Made by a program: the position numbers and the translations under genes. Under the pieces are notes generated by a model, which ran no database searches, was not told the DNA's origin, and saw only the letters and a program-made list of their open reading frames with translations. Source: a virus. Taken from it: a DNA stretch of 64,000 bases. This document shows, piece by piece, positions 9,964-19,862 of the stretch. Position 1 is the first letter of the stretch. Each line of letters opens with the position of its first letter. Location of the stretch: positions 1 through 64,000 of the IMG/VR virus record IMGVR_UViG_3300033153_007754; one strand, given 5' to 3'.

Positions 9964-10412
9964 CTCAATCTCAATTGGAAAGCCTTGTGGTTTGGGGTTT
10001 ATTATCATTACCATTAGCAGTTGTTTTTTATTCTATTCATAAATTAATTTTAGCAATGGAAGCGAATTTAAATTCTAGGGGTTGTCTTGCCAAACCACAA
10101 GAAACAATATTATATATAGACTCAATTTCTAATATAAAATTAAAAAATAAATTAGAACTTAAAATATCAGGGTATGAAACTGGTGAATTGTTTGGTGAGA
10201 TTGATGGTTATGATTTAGTAGTTTTTGGTCACAATGAGGTAGGGATTTTGGATGATTTTAAAACGTATTTGAATGATGCATATAACAATTATTTAGCTAA
10301 TAAAGAATTACTTAATGAAATGCGTTATAGAAATGGTATTTATAATTTGAGTGAATATTCTGAATTCCTAAAAGAAAATAATTTTTTTATATTAATATTA
10401 AAACAGGGGTAA
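9960..10412 (+). CDS. hypothetical membrane-anchored protein
   Basis: N-terminal hydrophobic helix; ATGA overlap with upstream gene. Confidence 0.6.
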   Translation: MTQSQLESLVVWGLLSLPLAVVFYSIHKLILAMEANLNSRGCLAKPQETILYIDSISNIKLKNKLELKISGYETGELFGEIDGYDLVVFGHNEVGILDDFKTYLNDAYNNYLANKELLNEMRYRNGIYNLSEYSEFLKENNFFILILKQG

Positions 10413-10415
10413 AAT

Positions 10416-11285
10416 ATGGATGAAATGAAAGTGTGTTTTGTTGGTGGGGTTTATCGTCAAGTTATGATTAAACCCTATACAGGTGAAATTAAAAATAATA
10501 AAATTAAAGGTTTTATTAAGGATGGAAAGCTACATGGGAAAATTACCAATTATAATGATGAAGGTGAGATATACAATGTAGTTGATTACAAAGATGGGAA
10601 AGAACATGGTAAAGAAACATGGTGGAATGAAAATGGAAAGAAATGGATAGAAGTAAGTTATGAGAATGGTAAAAAAAATGGGTTATATACAATATGGTAT
10701 AGTAATGGTAAAAAAAGAAAGGAAACAAATTATCTAAATGATGTTATGGATGGATTAGAAACAATCTGGTATGAAAATGGCAATATCCAAAGTGAATATA
10801 ATTATAAAAAATGTCACATTCTGCATGGAAAACAAATTAAATATCATGAAAATGGAAATAAAGAAAGGGAATTAACTTATATAGATAATAAAATAAATGG
10901 TAAAGAAACTATCTGGTATGAAAATGGTATTAAATCAATGGAAATAAATGTTAAGGATGGTGTACAAGATGGTGTTTCTATGTCTTGGTATCAGGGTGGT
11001 GAGAAAAAAAGCTATAAGATGTATAAAAACGGTCAATTACATGGTACATTTACTAGGTTTTATCCTAATGGTAATAAGCAATTAGAATCAGAATATGAAG
11101 ATGGTGATATGCAGGGTTTCGGTTTTACTTGGCATCCTAATGGTAAAATCGAATCAAATACAAATCATAAAGATGGTAAAAAAAATGGTAAAGAAATTTG
11201 GTGGCATGATAGTGGAAAAAAAGCTTGTGAAGAAAATTATAAAGATGGTAAAAGAGATGGCGATATAAAGTGGTGGGTAAAATAA
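10416..11285 (+). CDS. MORN-variant repeat protein #6
   Basis: KPYTG cap plus repeats. Confidence 0.9.
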   Translation: MDEMKVCFVGGVYRQVMIKPYTGEIKNNKIKGFIKDGKLHGKITNYNDEGEIYNVVDYKDGKEHGKETWWNENGKKWIEVSYENGKKNGLYTIWYSNGKKRKETNYLNDVMDGLETIWYENGNIQSEYNYKKCHILHGKQIKYHENGNKERELTYIDNKINGKETIWYENGIKSMEINVKDGVQDGVSMSWYQGGEKKSYKMYKNGQLHGTFTRFYPNGNKQLESEYEDGDMQGFGFTWHPNGKIESNTNHKDGKKNGKEIWWHDSGKKACEENYKDGKRDGDIKWWVK

Positions 11286-12190
11286 TGATTAAATTAAATG
11301 GTGTTCCAGTAAATGGTGAATTAATAGAAACATATAAAAAAAATGGTAATGTAAAAAAACGAAGTAATTATAAAGATGGTGTGTTAGATGGGGTTGAAAT
11401 TGAATACCGTAAAGATGGTTCTATGAAATATAATACTAATTATAAAGATGGTGTTTTAAATGGCAAACACACAGAATGGCATAAAAATGGACAAAAGAAA
11501 ATTGAATTAAATTATACAAATGGTAAAGAAAATGGTAAACAAACTAAATGGTATGAAAATGGTAATAAACAATCTGAAAGTGATTTTGATAATGGTGTAT
11601 TAAATGGTAAACATATTTTATGGTGGAAAAATGGAAGTAAAAGCCATGATATAGATTATGTAGATGGGAAAGAACATGGTAAGAGCATTTCTTATTACCC
11701 AAGTGGTGGCGAAAGTACTGTAATAAACTATGAAAATGGTCAAATACATGGTATTATGATTGATGTTTCACCTGATGGTACACAACATATAACAACTAAT
11801 TATAAAAATGGTCAGAGACACGGGAAAAAGATTGTTTGGTTTTCGTATTCGCTTAAAAAGAAAATGAGTGAAGAGGTTTACGAAAATGGTAAATTAAACG
11901 GTAAAGAAAAGAGGTGGCATGAAAATGGTGTAAAACATTGGGAAAGAAATTTTGTTGATGGCAAATCAAATGGTTTAGAGAGTATTTGGGATGAAAACGG
12001 AAATAAAAAAAGTGAAGTAGATTATGTAGATGGAAATAAACATGGTAAACAAACAAAATGGTATGAAAATGGTGATAAAAAAAATGAACGATATTATGAA
12101 AAAGGTTTAGAAAACGGAGAATATACAATTTATAATCAAGATGGTTCTATTTGTGAGAAAGGAACATATGAATATGGCTATATAAAATAG
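11285..12190 (+). CDS. MORN-variant repeat protein #7
   Basis: Repeats; TAATG coupling with upstream gene. Confidence 0.9.
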   Translation: MIKLNGVPVNGELIETYKKNGNVKKRSNYKDGVLDGVEIEYRKDGSMKYNTNYKDGVLNGKHTEWHKNGQKKIELNYTNGKENGKQTKWYENGNKQSESDFDNGVLNGKHILWWKNGSKSHDIDYVDGKEHGKSISYYPSGGESTVINYENGQIHGIMIDVSPDGTQHITTNYKNGQRHGKKIVWFSYSLKKKMSEEVYENGKLNGKEKRWHENGVKHWERNFVDGKSNGLESIWDENGNKKSEVDYVDGNKHGKQTKWYENGDKKNERYYEKGLENGEYTIYNQDGSICEKGTYEYGYIK

Positions 12191-12200
12191 GGTAGAGACT

Positions 12201-13328
12201 ATGAAAATTACAAATAAAATTATAGAAATTAATGGTTTAACACATGCAATAACACCAACAAATGAATATAAAAAAAATGGATGCAATAATATTATACACA
12301 TTAACGAATATAAAACTAAAAAAAAACCAATTCAAATTGATGATATAATGTATAGTTTAGAACCCAAACCATTTACTGGTGTACTTATTGAATATCATGA
12401 ATATCCTGGTGATGTAATAAAAATGGAGGTATATTACAAGGATGGTTTGAAACATGGTAAATATACACAATATTATGGTCGTGGTCAAAAAATGGTTGAA
12501 CTTAATTTTAAGAATGGAATGAAACACGGTAAAGAAATTTATTGGTATGAAAATGGTAAAAAAAACGTAGAAAAAAATTATATTGATGGTGAATTAAATG
12601 GTAAAGAAACATGGTGGTATGAGAGTGGACACATAAAAAATGAACTTTACCATAAAGATGGTTTAATACATGGCTTAGAAATAAAATGGTATGATAGTGG
12701 TCGTAAAGAATATGAAATACATTATAAAAATGGTAAAGAAAATGGGAAATATATTGAATGGTGGGGAAATGGAAATAAAAGACGTGATGGGAATTATGTG
12801 AATGGAAAAGAACATGGTACAACAATAATTTGGTATAGTAATGGTAAAAAAGAGTTAGAATATAATTATAAAGATGGTGATAAGGATGGTAAACAAACAA
12901 AGTGGTATGATAATGGTGAAAAAGAATCTGAAGTAAATTATAATTTTGGTAAAAGATTTGGTTCTTTAAGTTGGTATTATTTAAATGGTAAAATTGAGTG
13001 TAAGGGTTTTCGTGGTCACGATGGATACGAAGGTAAATATACTGTGTGGCATAGAAATGGTAATAAAAAATATGAACGAAACTATGTGAAAGGTTGTTTG
13101 GATGGTAAATATACAGAATGGTATGAAAATGGTAATAAAGAATGTGAATTAAATTATAAAAATGGTGATAAACATGGTAAATTTGAAACTTGGTATGAAG
13201 ATGGTAAAAAAGAATCCGAAGTAGATTATGTGAATGATAGAAAAGATGGTATTCAAAGTACTTGGAGATATGGGGAAGTAGAATATAAAAAAGAATATAA
13301 AAATGGGGAAATAATTGGTGATGATTGA
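12201..13328 (+). CDS. MORN-variant repeat protein #8
   Basis: KPFTG cap plus about 13 repeats. Confidence 0.9.
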   Translation: MKITNKIIEINGLTHAITPTNEYKKNGCNNIIHINEYKTKKKPIQIDDIMYSLEPKPFTGVLIEYHEYPGDVIKMEVYYKDGLKHGKYTQYYGRGQKMVELNFKNGMKHGKEIYWYENGKKNVEKNYIDGELNGKETWWYESGHIKNELYHKDGLIHGLEIKWYDSGRKEYEIHYKNGKENGKYIEWWGNGNKRRDGNYVNGKEHGTTIIWYSNGKKELEYNYKDGDKDGKQTKWYDNGEKESEVNYNFGKRFGSLSWYYLNGKIECKGFRGHDGYEGKYTVWHRNGNKKYERNYVKGCLDGKYTEWYENGNKECELNYKNGDKHGKFETWYEDGKKESEVDYVNDRKDGIQSTWRYGEVEYKKEYKNGEIIGDD

Positions 13329-13686
13329 TTTTAATGAAATATTATTAAAAAAAATTGATGATTTAGAAAATTGGTTATCTGGTGGTAATTACCCACATGA
13401 AGAAATGGGTGAAAAACCATCTAAAGAAATTTTAGATGGTTTAAGAAAAATGATACCTGAATTTGTTTCTAATAAATTAATACCGTTTCGTGTTACTACT
13501 TCTGCTGATGAAGGGGTTTGTTTAGTCTTTCGCAATACATATAAAATTGTTTATTTAGAATATTATAATGATGGTAGCATTGGTCTTATTTCTGAAAACC
13601 CAAAGACAAAAACTATGGTTGATAACATTGATATAGTTAAAGAGTCTGTCATTAAAACATTAAAAAATGTTTTGTGTAAAAAATGA
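13321..13686 (+). CDS. hypothetical protein
   Basis: ORF overlapping the upstream stop. Confidence 0.6.
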   Translation: MIDFNEILLKKIDDLENWLSGGNYPHEEMGEKPSKEILDGLRKMIPEFVSNKLIPFRVTTSADEGVCLVFRNTYKIVYLEYYNDGSIGLISENPKTKTMVDNIDIVKESVIKTLKNVLCKK

Positions 13687-13791
13687 ATATAAAAAGACAT
13701 CTTCAGTAAAATAATCTTTCAAATTGACAAAATAATAAACAAATGATATAGTATTATAACAATGATTTTGTTGTTTTTATAGGAGCATATT

Positions 13792-14157
13792 ATGACAACA
13801 ACTGATAAAATAGGCGAACACAACGGTTTAGCATATGAATTAAAACAAGAACCTTTTACTGGTAAATTCATTGATTTATATGATAAGGGTAATAAACATC
13901 ATGAAATAGAATACGAAAGTGGCATAAAACATGGTATTTGTATATTATGGGGTTATACTGGGAATAAACAAAAAAGTGTGGATTATAAAAATGGTGAAAA
14001 ACATGGGAAAGAAATATTGTATTATGATAATGGGTGTAAAGTATTTGAGAGATTTTATTTAAATGGTGAATTAAATGGTAAGGAAACTAAATGGTATAAA
14101 AATGGCAATAAAAAAAGTGAAATAGATTATAAAAATGGTTTTAAATGTGGTGGTTAG
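13792..14157 (+). CDS. MORN-variant repeat protein #9
   Basis: GLAYELKQEPFTG cap; promoter TTGACA 13724. Confidence 0.9.
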   Translation: MTTTDKIGEHNGLAYELKQEPFTGKFIDLYDKGNKHHEIEYESGIKHGICILWGYTGNKQKSVDYKNGEKHGKEILYYDNGCKVFERFYLNGELNGKETKWYKNGNKKSEIDYKNGFKCGG

Positions 14158-14227
14158 ATAACGGTAAAATAAACACAAAAACCCAATGAATTAAAATAGT
14201 TGATTTCAATGTCATGAGGTAAAAAAA

Positions 14228-14875
14228 ATGAAAAATAAAAGTGTTAATATAGGTGATTTAATGAATGCTGATATTGGATATAGTGACTCAAAGACACCAA
14301 TTGATACAATCATAGACAGAATGTCTTCAGGTACATATTTTATACCAAAACATCAAAAAAAATATGTATGGGAAGAGAAAATTGTAATCTATTTGGTTGT
14401 ATCATTACTAAAAAATATACCAATCCCAAGCATTTATATGTATTATAATATAAATGATTATAGATATAATATTATTAATGGACAACAAAGGATTGTATAT
14501 TTATTCTTTTTTATGAAAGGTGTATTTCCTATATCAATACACAGAACATTTTATTATAAATTTGATGTAATTAGTGAATTAATTGATAAACATGGAAGCA
14601 GTAAATCACAAAAAGAAAAGAAAGAAATAGAGGTGAAATTAGAAAATTCTTTTGGTTTAGAGTTTAAAGAATTCTCTTATTTAGATTTAAATAATGATAA
14701 AAATGTAGTTATTAGCTACCAGGCTTTTGGTGATGACATAAAGAGATTATTTAATAATAGAACATTAAATCTTGTAGCAGTAGATGTTAAAAAAGATTCT
14801 AATGACATTCTTTCTATATATGATGATATATCTATATTATTAAATAGATTTTTGATTGATGATATAACTTTATGA
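14228..14875 (+). CDS. degenerate DUF262-domain protein
   Basis: IPKHQKKYVW, SLLKNIPIPSIY, IINGQQR (canonical DGQQR with D>N). Confidence 0.7.
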   Translation: MKNKSVNIGDLMNADIGYSDSKTPIDTIIDRMSSGTYFIPKHQKKYVWEEKIVIYLVVSLLKNIPIPSIYMYYNINDYRYNIINGQQRIVYLFFFMKGVFPISIHRTFYYKFDVISELIDKHGSSKSQKEKKEIEVKLENSFGLEFKEFSYLDLNNDKNVVISYQAFGDDIKRLFNNRTLNLVAVDVKKDSNDILSIYDDISILLNRFLIDDITL

Positions 14876-15411
14876 TGAAATATCAAGTAGAATTTAGTAA
14901 CGGAAAATTAATAATTCGTGATTTTCTTAAATCTTTATTTGTTACCGATTATCGTACAGGTTTTTTAACAAAAAAAGTACAACGATATCAAAACAAAGGT
15001 GACACATTGGGTATTAATAATATTTTCAAGAAATACCCTAACATAAACATCAGTGATTGGGATGTATCAAAACTTCACAACATGAGTCATATGTTTATGG
15101 ATGCAAATACTTTTGATTGTGATATAAGTAATTGGGATGTAAGTGGTGCTACCAATATGAATAGTATGTTTTATGGTGCTACTTCTTTTAATGGTGATTT
15201 AAGTAAATGGGATGTGAGTAATGTTTATGATATGACTGCTATGTTTAAGGATACTGATTCTTTTAATAGTGATATTGGTGGTTGGAATGTTAGCAATGTA
15301 ATTTATATGGAATGGATGTTTTTAAATGCAAAATCCTTTAAACAAGATTTAAGTAACTGGGATGTAAAGAAACACATTAGGGTAAAAAAAATGTTAGGTA
15401 ATATATTATGA
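14872..15411 (+). CDS. BspA-type/DUF285 LRR-like repeat protein
   Basis: Repeated I/L-S-x-W-D-V-S-x-x-x-x-M-x-x-M-F. Confidence 0.85.
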   Translation: MMKYQVEFSNGKLIIRDFLKSLFVTDYRTGFLTKKVQRYQNKGDTLGINNIFKKYPNINISDWDVSKLHNMSHMFMDANTFDCDISNWDVSGATNMNSMFYGATSFNGDLSKWDVSNVYDMTAMFKDTDSFNSDIGGWNVSNVIYMEWMFLNAKSFKQDLSNWDVKKHIRVKKMLGNIL

Positions 15412-15421
15412 GGTAAAAAAA

Positions 15422-15883
15422 ATGGAAAATGTTGTCAATTATGAGAACACTGGGTTGAAGGGTGGTTTAATGTATGAATTAAAAGAAAACCCATTTACTG
15501 GTAAGTTTGTCGATTTATATGATGATGGTAATAAATTTTGTGAGATAGATTATGTAGATGGTAAAAAACATGGTAAAGAAATTCATTGGTATGAAAATGG
15601 TAAAAGATATAAAGAATGTAATTACGAAAATGGTAAACGAAATGGTGAACAAACTTATTGGCATAAAAATGGGGATATTCATATAAAAAGAAATTATCTT
15701 AATTATTTTAAAAATGGTTATGAATTTATTTGGTATGAAAATGGTGGTAAACATATAGAACGAAATTATGTATTTGGTTTAAAAGATGGGGAAGAAATAC
15801 ATTGGGATAAAAGTGGTAAGGAAGTAGTAAAATATTATTATAAAGATGGTGGTTTACTTAAAAAGGGGTGTGAAAATGGATAG
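15422..15883 (+). CDS. MORN-variant repeat protein #10
   Basis: GLMYELKENPFTG cap plus repeats. Confidence 0.9.
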   Translation: MENVVNYENTGLKGGLMYELKENPFTGKFVDLYDDGNKFCEIDYVDGKKHGKEIHWYENGKRYKECNYENGKRNGEQTYWHKNGDIHIKRNYLNYFKNGYEFIWYENGGKHIERNYVFGLKDGEEIHWDKSGKEVVKYYYKDGGLLKKGCENG

Positions 15884-16625
15884 AAAGATAGACAACACAA
15901 ATACACGTGAAATTATAAATTATTATGATGATTTTAACAAGAAATCGGAATGCACACTTGTTAATTATAAACGTGAAGGCAAATATACAAAATGGAAATA
16001 CAACAATGTTTTGTATTATGAAGAATATTATCAATATGGTAAATTAAATGGTAAACAAACCTATTGGTATAAAAATGGTAATAAAAGAAGTGTTTATAAT
16101 TTTGTGAATGGTAAAAAACGTGGTGAGTTTTGTGAATGGTGGGATAATGGTAACAAAAAAAGAATTGGTATTTCATGTGCTCTTTTAGATTTAAAAAGTT
16201 GGTATAGAAGTGGTAAAAGGAAATCTGAAGTTTTCTATAAAAATAAAAACAATAAGAGTGATTTTGAGTTAATAACATGGTATGAAAATGGTAACACTGA
16301 ATTTATAGAGTTTTATAAAAGGGGTTTAGCTGATGGTATTCAAAAAATGTTTTATAAAAATGGGAATAAAAAACACGAAGTAAACACAAAAAATGGTATA
16401 GTATATGGTATCACTTTAAGATGGCATAAAAATGGTGAGTTGGAATACAAAGGTTTTTTAAATGACGACAAACAAGAGGGTGTTATATTAGGGTGGTATG
16501 ATAATGGTAACAAACAATACGAATTAAATTATAAAGATGATAAAAAACATGGTGCATGTGTTTGGTTCTACAAAGATGGAAGTAAACAATATGAATATGA
16601 ATATTTAGATGATATCATAGTATAA
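15876..16625 (+). CDS. MORN-variant repeat protein #11
   Basis: Repeats; SD AGGGG. Confidence 0.9.
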   Translation: MDRKIDNTNTREIINYYDDFNKKSECTLVNYKREGKYTKWKYNNVLYYEEYYQYGKLNGKQTYWYKNGNKRSVYNFVNGKKRGEFCEWWDNGNKKRIGISCALLDLKSWYRSGKRKSEVFYKNKNNKSDFELITWYENGNTEFIEFYKRGLADGIQKMFYKNGNKKHEVNTKNGIVYGITLRWHKNGELEYKGFLNDDKQEGVILGWYDNGNKQYELNYKDDKKHGACVWFYKDGSKQYEYEYLDDIIV

Positions 16626-16701
16626 TTCCTTGACAAATTAATTTTTAAATATACAATGTATTATATAGGTGGTATTATACCACCATTCACAGGAGGATAT
16701 T

Positions 16702-17286
16702 ATGTGTAGAATAGCAGTTGATGATGGAAAATTTTATGAATTAAAAGAAAAACCATTTACAGGTGAAGTTAATGAGAAATATACAACTGGTTACATTAAA
16801 AATGGTTTAAAACATGGCTTATGGATTGAATATTATTTTTCAATGGAAACCCAAAAAGAAAGTGAAGAAAATTATAAAGATGGTCTTAAACATGGGAAAG
16901 AAATTGTTTGGTTTAGTAATGGGGTAAAGAAACTGGAAAGGGATTATTTAAATGATGTTTTGGTAGGTAAACAAGCTGAATGGTTTAAAAATGGTAATAA
17001 CAAATCTGAAGAAAATTATAAAGATGGGAAACAAGATGGTTTACAAATTGATTGGTACAAAAATGGAAATAAATATATAGAAACAAATTACAAAGATGGG
17101 AAAGAACATGGTAAGAAAACATGGTGGTATGAGAATGGTAATAAAAAACTGGAAATAAATTATAAAGATGGTGAAGAAGATGGTTTACAAATTTGGTGGG
17201 ATGAAGATGGTAATAAAAAATTAGAAAAATACTACAAAGATGGTAAAGAAATTATATCATTTAATTTGGGGCTTAATTATGCGTAA
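16702..17286 (+). CDS. MORN-variant repeat protein #12
   Basis: GKFYELKEKPFTG cap; promoter TTGACA 16630/TACAAT 16652; leader hairpin GGTGGTA-TTA-TACCACC; SD AGGAGG. Confidence 0.9.
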   Translation: MCRIAVDDGKFYELKEKPFTGEVNEKYTTGYIKNGLKHGLWIEYYFSMETQKESEENYKDGLKHGKEIVWFSNGVKKLERDYLNDVLVGKQAEWFKNGNNKSEENYKDGKQDGLQIDWYKNGNKYIETNYKDGKEHGKKTWWYENGNKKLEINYKDGEEDGLQIWWDEDGNKKLEKYYKDGKEIISFNLGLNYA

Positions 17287-17761
17287 AGATAATCTTAACA
17301 AAGTTCACATCACTACTTTTTTTGATGAAGAACATGAGAATAAAAAAACTGATTACACACTTCTTAACTGGAAGTTGGATGGCAAATATACCACATGGTT
17401 AAATAACAATCTTTTGTTTTCAATACAGCAGTACAAGGATGGAAAATTAGAAGGGAAATATATTGAATATCACCTAAATGGTGCAATAAAAAGAATCGCT
17501 TATTACAAAGACGATTTATTAAATGGTCAATTAAAATCTTTTTATGAAAATGGTAATAAAAAAGTTGAGTGTACTCTTGTAAATGATGGTATAAATGGTA
17601 AGTATATAAGATGGCATGAAAATGGGAATAAAGAAACAGAATGTAATTACAAAGATGGTTTAAAAGATGGTGAATATATTAGATACCATGAAGATGGTAG
17701 TATCGAATTTAAAGAATTTTGGGAAAATGATGAAATATTAAAAGATAATAATAAAAAGTAA
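17279..17761 (+). CDS. MORN-variant repeat protein #13
   Basis: Repeats; N-terminus resembles #11 (K...TL.N.K..GKYT.W..NN.L). Confidence 0.85.
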   Translation: MRKDNLNKVHITTFFDEEHENKKTDYTLLNWKLDGKYTTWLNNNLLFSIQQYKDGKLEGKYIEYHLNGAIKRIAYYKDDLLNGQLKSFYENGNKKVECTLVNDGINGKYIRWHENGNKETECNYKDGLKDGEYIRYHEDGSIEFKEFWENDEILKDNNKK

Positions 17762-17769
17762 AATAACCC

Positions 17770-17840
17770 TTGATAAATCCGAAAAAAATCCGTATATTAT
17801 AAGCAGATGGTAATTAAGCCATAATCCAAGGGAGGATAAT
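17770..17840 (+). promoter_or_regulatory. repeated early promoter/hairpin/RBS cassette
   Basis: TTGATAAATCC..TATATTATAAGCAGATGGTAATTAAGCCAT..GGGAGGATAAT. Confidence 0.85.
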
Positions 17841-18404
17841 ATGAGTAATGAAAACAGTAAATCAAGCGAATTTAGCGACTTTGTTGTAAAAGGTGGTGTT
17901 ATATACGAAAGACAACAAAAAGGTTATACAGGGTCAATAATAAGGCGTTGGGATGATGAAGATGCTGCTGATGATGGTGAAATTAGAAGTATATATAACT
18001 TCAAGAATGGGTTGAAAGATGGTAAATGCATAAAATACCATTGTTATGAAAAAGGTGTGGTTTCAGAAGAAACTAATTATAAAGATGGTGAATATCATGG
18101 TAAATATACTGAATGGGAATGGGACGGAAGCTTAATAAGAGAATATAATTTTAAGAATGGAAAATCAGATGGTATTATGGTTAAATATTATAAAGATGGG
18201 GATAAAGGAAAAAAACATATTCTTACACATAAAAACGATTTACCTCATGGTTTAAGTCAAATGTTTTATGAAGATGGCACTAAAGCTTGTGAAACAACGT
18301 ATGTAAATGGAAAAAAGCATGGTAAAGAAATTTGGTGGGATGAAGATGGCAATAAAGAATCAGAAACACTATACGAAAATGGTGTTAAAATTAAAGAATC
18401 TTAA
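17841..18404 (+). CDS. MORN-variant repeat protein #14
   Basis: GVIYE..GYTG cap plus repeats. Confidence 0.9.
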   Translation: MSNENSKSSEFSDFVVKGGVIYERQQKGYTGSIIRRWDDEDAADDGEIRSIYNFKNGLKDGKCIKYHCYEKGVVSEETNYKDGEYHGKYTEWEWDGSLIREYNFKNGKSDGIMVKYYKDGDKGKKHILTHKNDLPHGLSQMFYEDGTKACETTYVNGKKHGKEIWWDEDGNKESETLYENGVKIKES

Positions 18405-18491
18405 ATAAATCTAAAAAAAAACTTAACAATCCCAAAAAAATCTGTATAATATCAATAAGTGATAATCAAGTCACTATTTATAGGGGATATT

Positions 18492-19280
18492 ATGAATAAA
18501 ACTGATTTCGACAATTGTGTGATAAAAAACGGTGTATTATACGAAATAAAAAACAGTGGTTACACTGGGGTTGTCATTAGACAATATGATGATAAAATAA
18601 TTAGTGAAGGGGTTTATAAAAATGGTTTAATACATGGTAAAAACATTCATTATGATGAAAATGGTAAAAAAGAATATGAAATTAATTATAAGAATGGAAA
18701 ACAACATGGTGAATACACTAAATGGTTTGATAATGGTGGGAAACAAACGCAAATGTTTTATGCTGATGGTAAATTAGATGGCATACTTATTGAGTGGGAT
18801 GAAAATGGAAATAAAAGACGTGAAATAAATTATAATAATAAACACACACATTGGTATGAAAATGGTAATAAAAAATGTGAGTGTAACTTAAAAAACAATA
18901 ATAAATATGGTAAAGAAATTCGTTGGTATGAAGATGGAAACATCAAAAGTGAAAATAACCATGAAAATGGTTTATTGCATGGTGTTCAAAAAGAATGGTA
19001 TAAAGATGGTAAGAAAAAAAGTAAGGCGAATTATAGAAATGATAGATTAAATGGTAAAGAAATTATTTGGTTTAGTAATGGTAACAAAAAAAGTGAAACT
19101 AATTATAGAAATGATATGCCAATTGGGAAGGTTAATTTATATCATGAAAATGGGAATAGGAAAAAAGAAATGAATTACAAAAAGGGTGTATTAAATGGTG
19201 ATTATATGTCTTGGTATGAAGATGGGAAAACAAAAAGTCTTTTTTATTATGAAAATGGCAAGAAAAATTATAGTTTATAG
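18492..19280 (+). CDS. MORN-variant repeat protein #15
   Basis: GVLYEI..GYTG cap; variant cassette at 18423-18491. Confidence 0.9.
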   Translation: MNKTDFDNCVIKNGVLYEIKNSGYTGVVIRQYDDKIISEGVYKNGLIHGKNIHYDENGKKEYEINYKNGKQHGEYTKWFDNGGKQTQMFYADGKLDGILIEWDENGNKRREINYNNKHTHWYENGNKKCECNLKNNNKYGKEIRWYEDGNIKSENNHENGLLHGVQKEWYKDGKKKSKANYRNDRLNGKEIIWFSNGNKKSETNYRNDMPIGKVNLYHENGNRKKEMNYKKGVLNGDYMSWYEDGKTKSLFYYENGKKNYSL

Positions 19281-19289
19281 GAGATTAAA

Positions 19290-19736
19290 ATGAATAAAAT
19301 TGATATTAATGATTGTATGGTAATTGATGGTGTATTATATCAAATTGTTGATAATGAATATACTGGTGTTGTTACTGAATAATGGGGTAATGGTGCAAAA
19401 TGTAGTGAGACAAACTATAACAATGGTTTAAAAGATGGTAAAGAAATTTATTGGTATGAAAATGGTAATAAAAAAACTGAATTAAATTATAAAAATGGTA
19501 AACGAAATGGTGAACACACAGAATGGCATGGAAATGGTAATGTATTCATAAAATGTTTTTTTAAAAATGATAAAATAGAGGGTGTTGTTAACGTATATTA
19601 TAATAATGGAAATAAAAAAAATGAATCTAATTATAAAGATGGTGTAAAACATGGAATATATACCGAATGGGATAACAAAGGTAATGAAGTAACTAAAGAA
19701 AAATATGAAAATGGTTTGTTGGTGGTTATACGATAA
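19290..19736 (+). pseudogene. MORN-variant repeat gene #16 with in-frame TAA at 19380-19382
   Basis: SD AGGAG; MNKIDINDCMVIDGVLYQIVDNEYTGVVTE*WGNG..., frame stays open with perfect repeats to TAA 19734-19736. Confidence 0.85.
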
Positions 19737-19862
19737 TGATTCAACAAGGGAAGATGGTGCAACTGGTTTCTGGTACGACTAAAGAATCAAAATAATTAAA
19801 AACAATACACATTTCATTAAATAATCAAAACACATTATAATATTCCTTTTGGGGGTATCACT

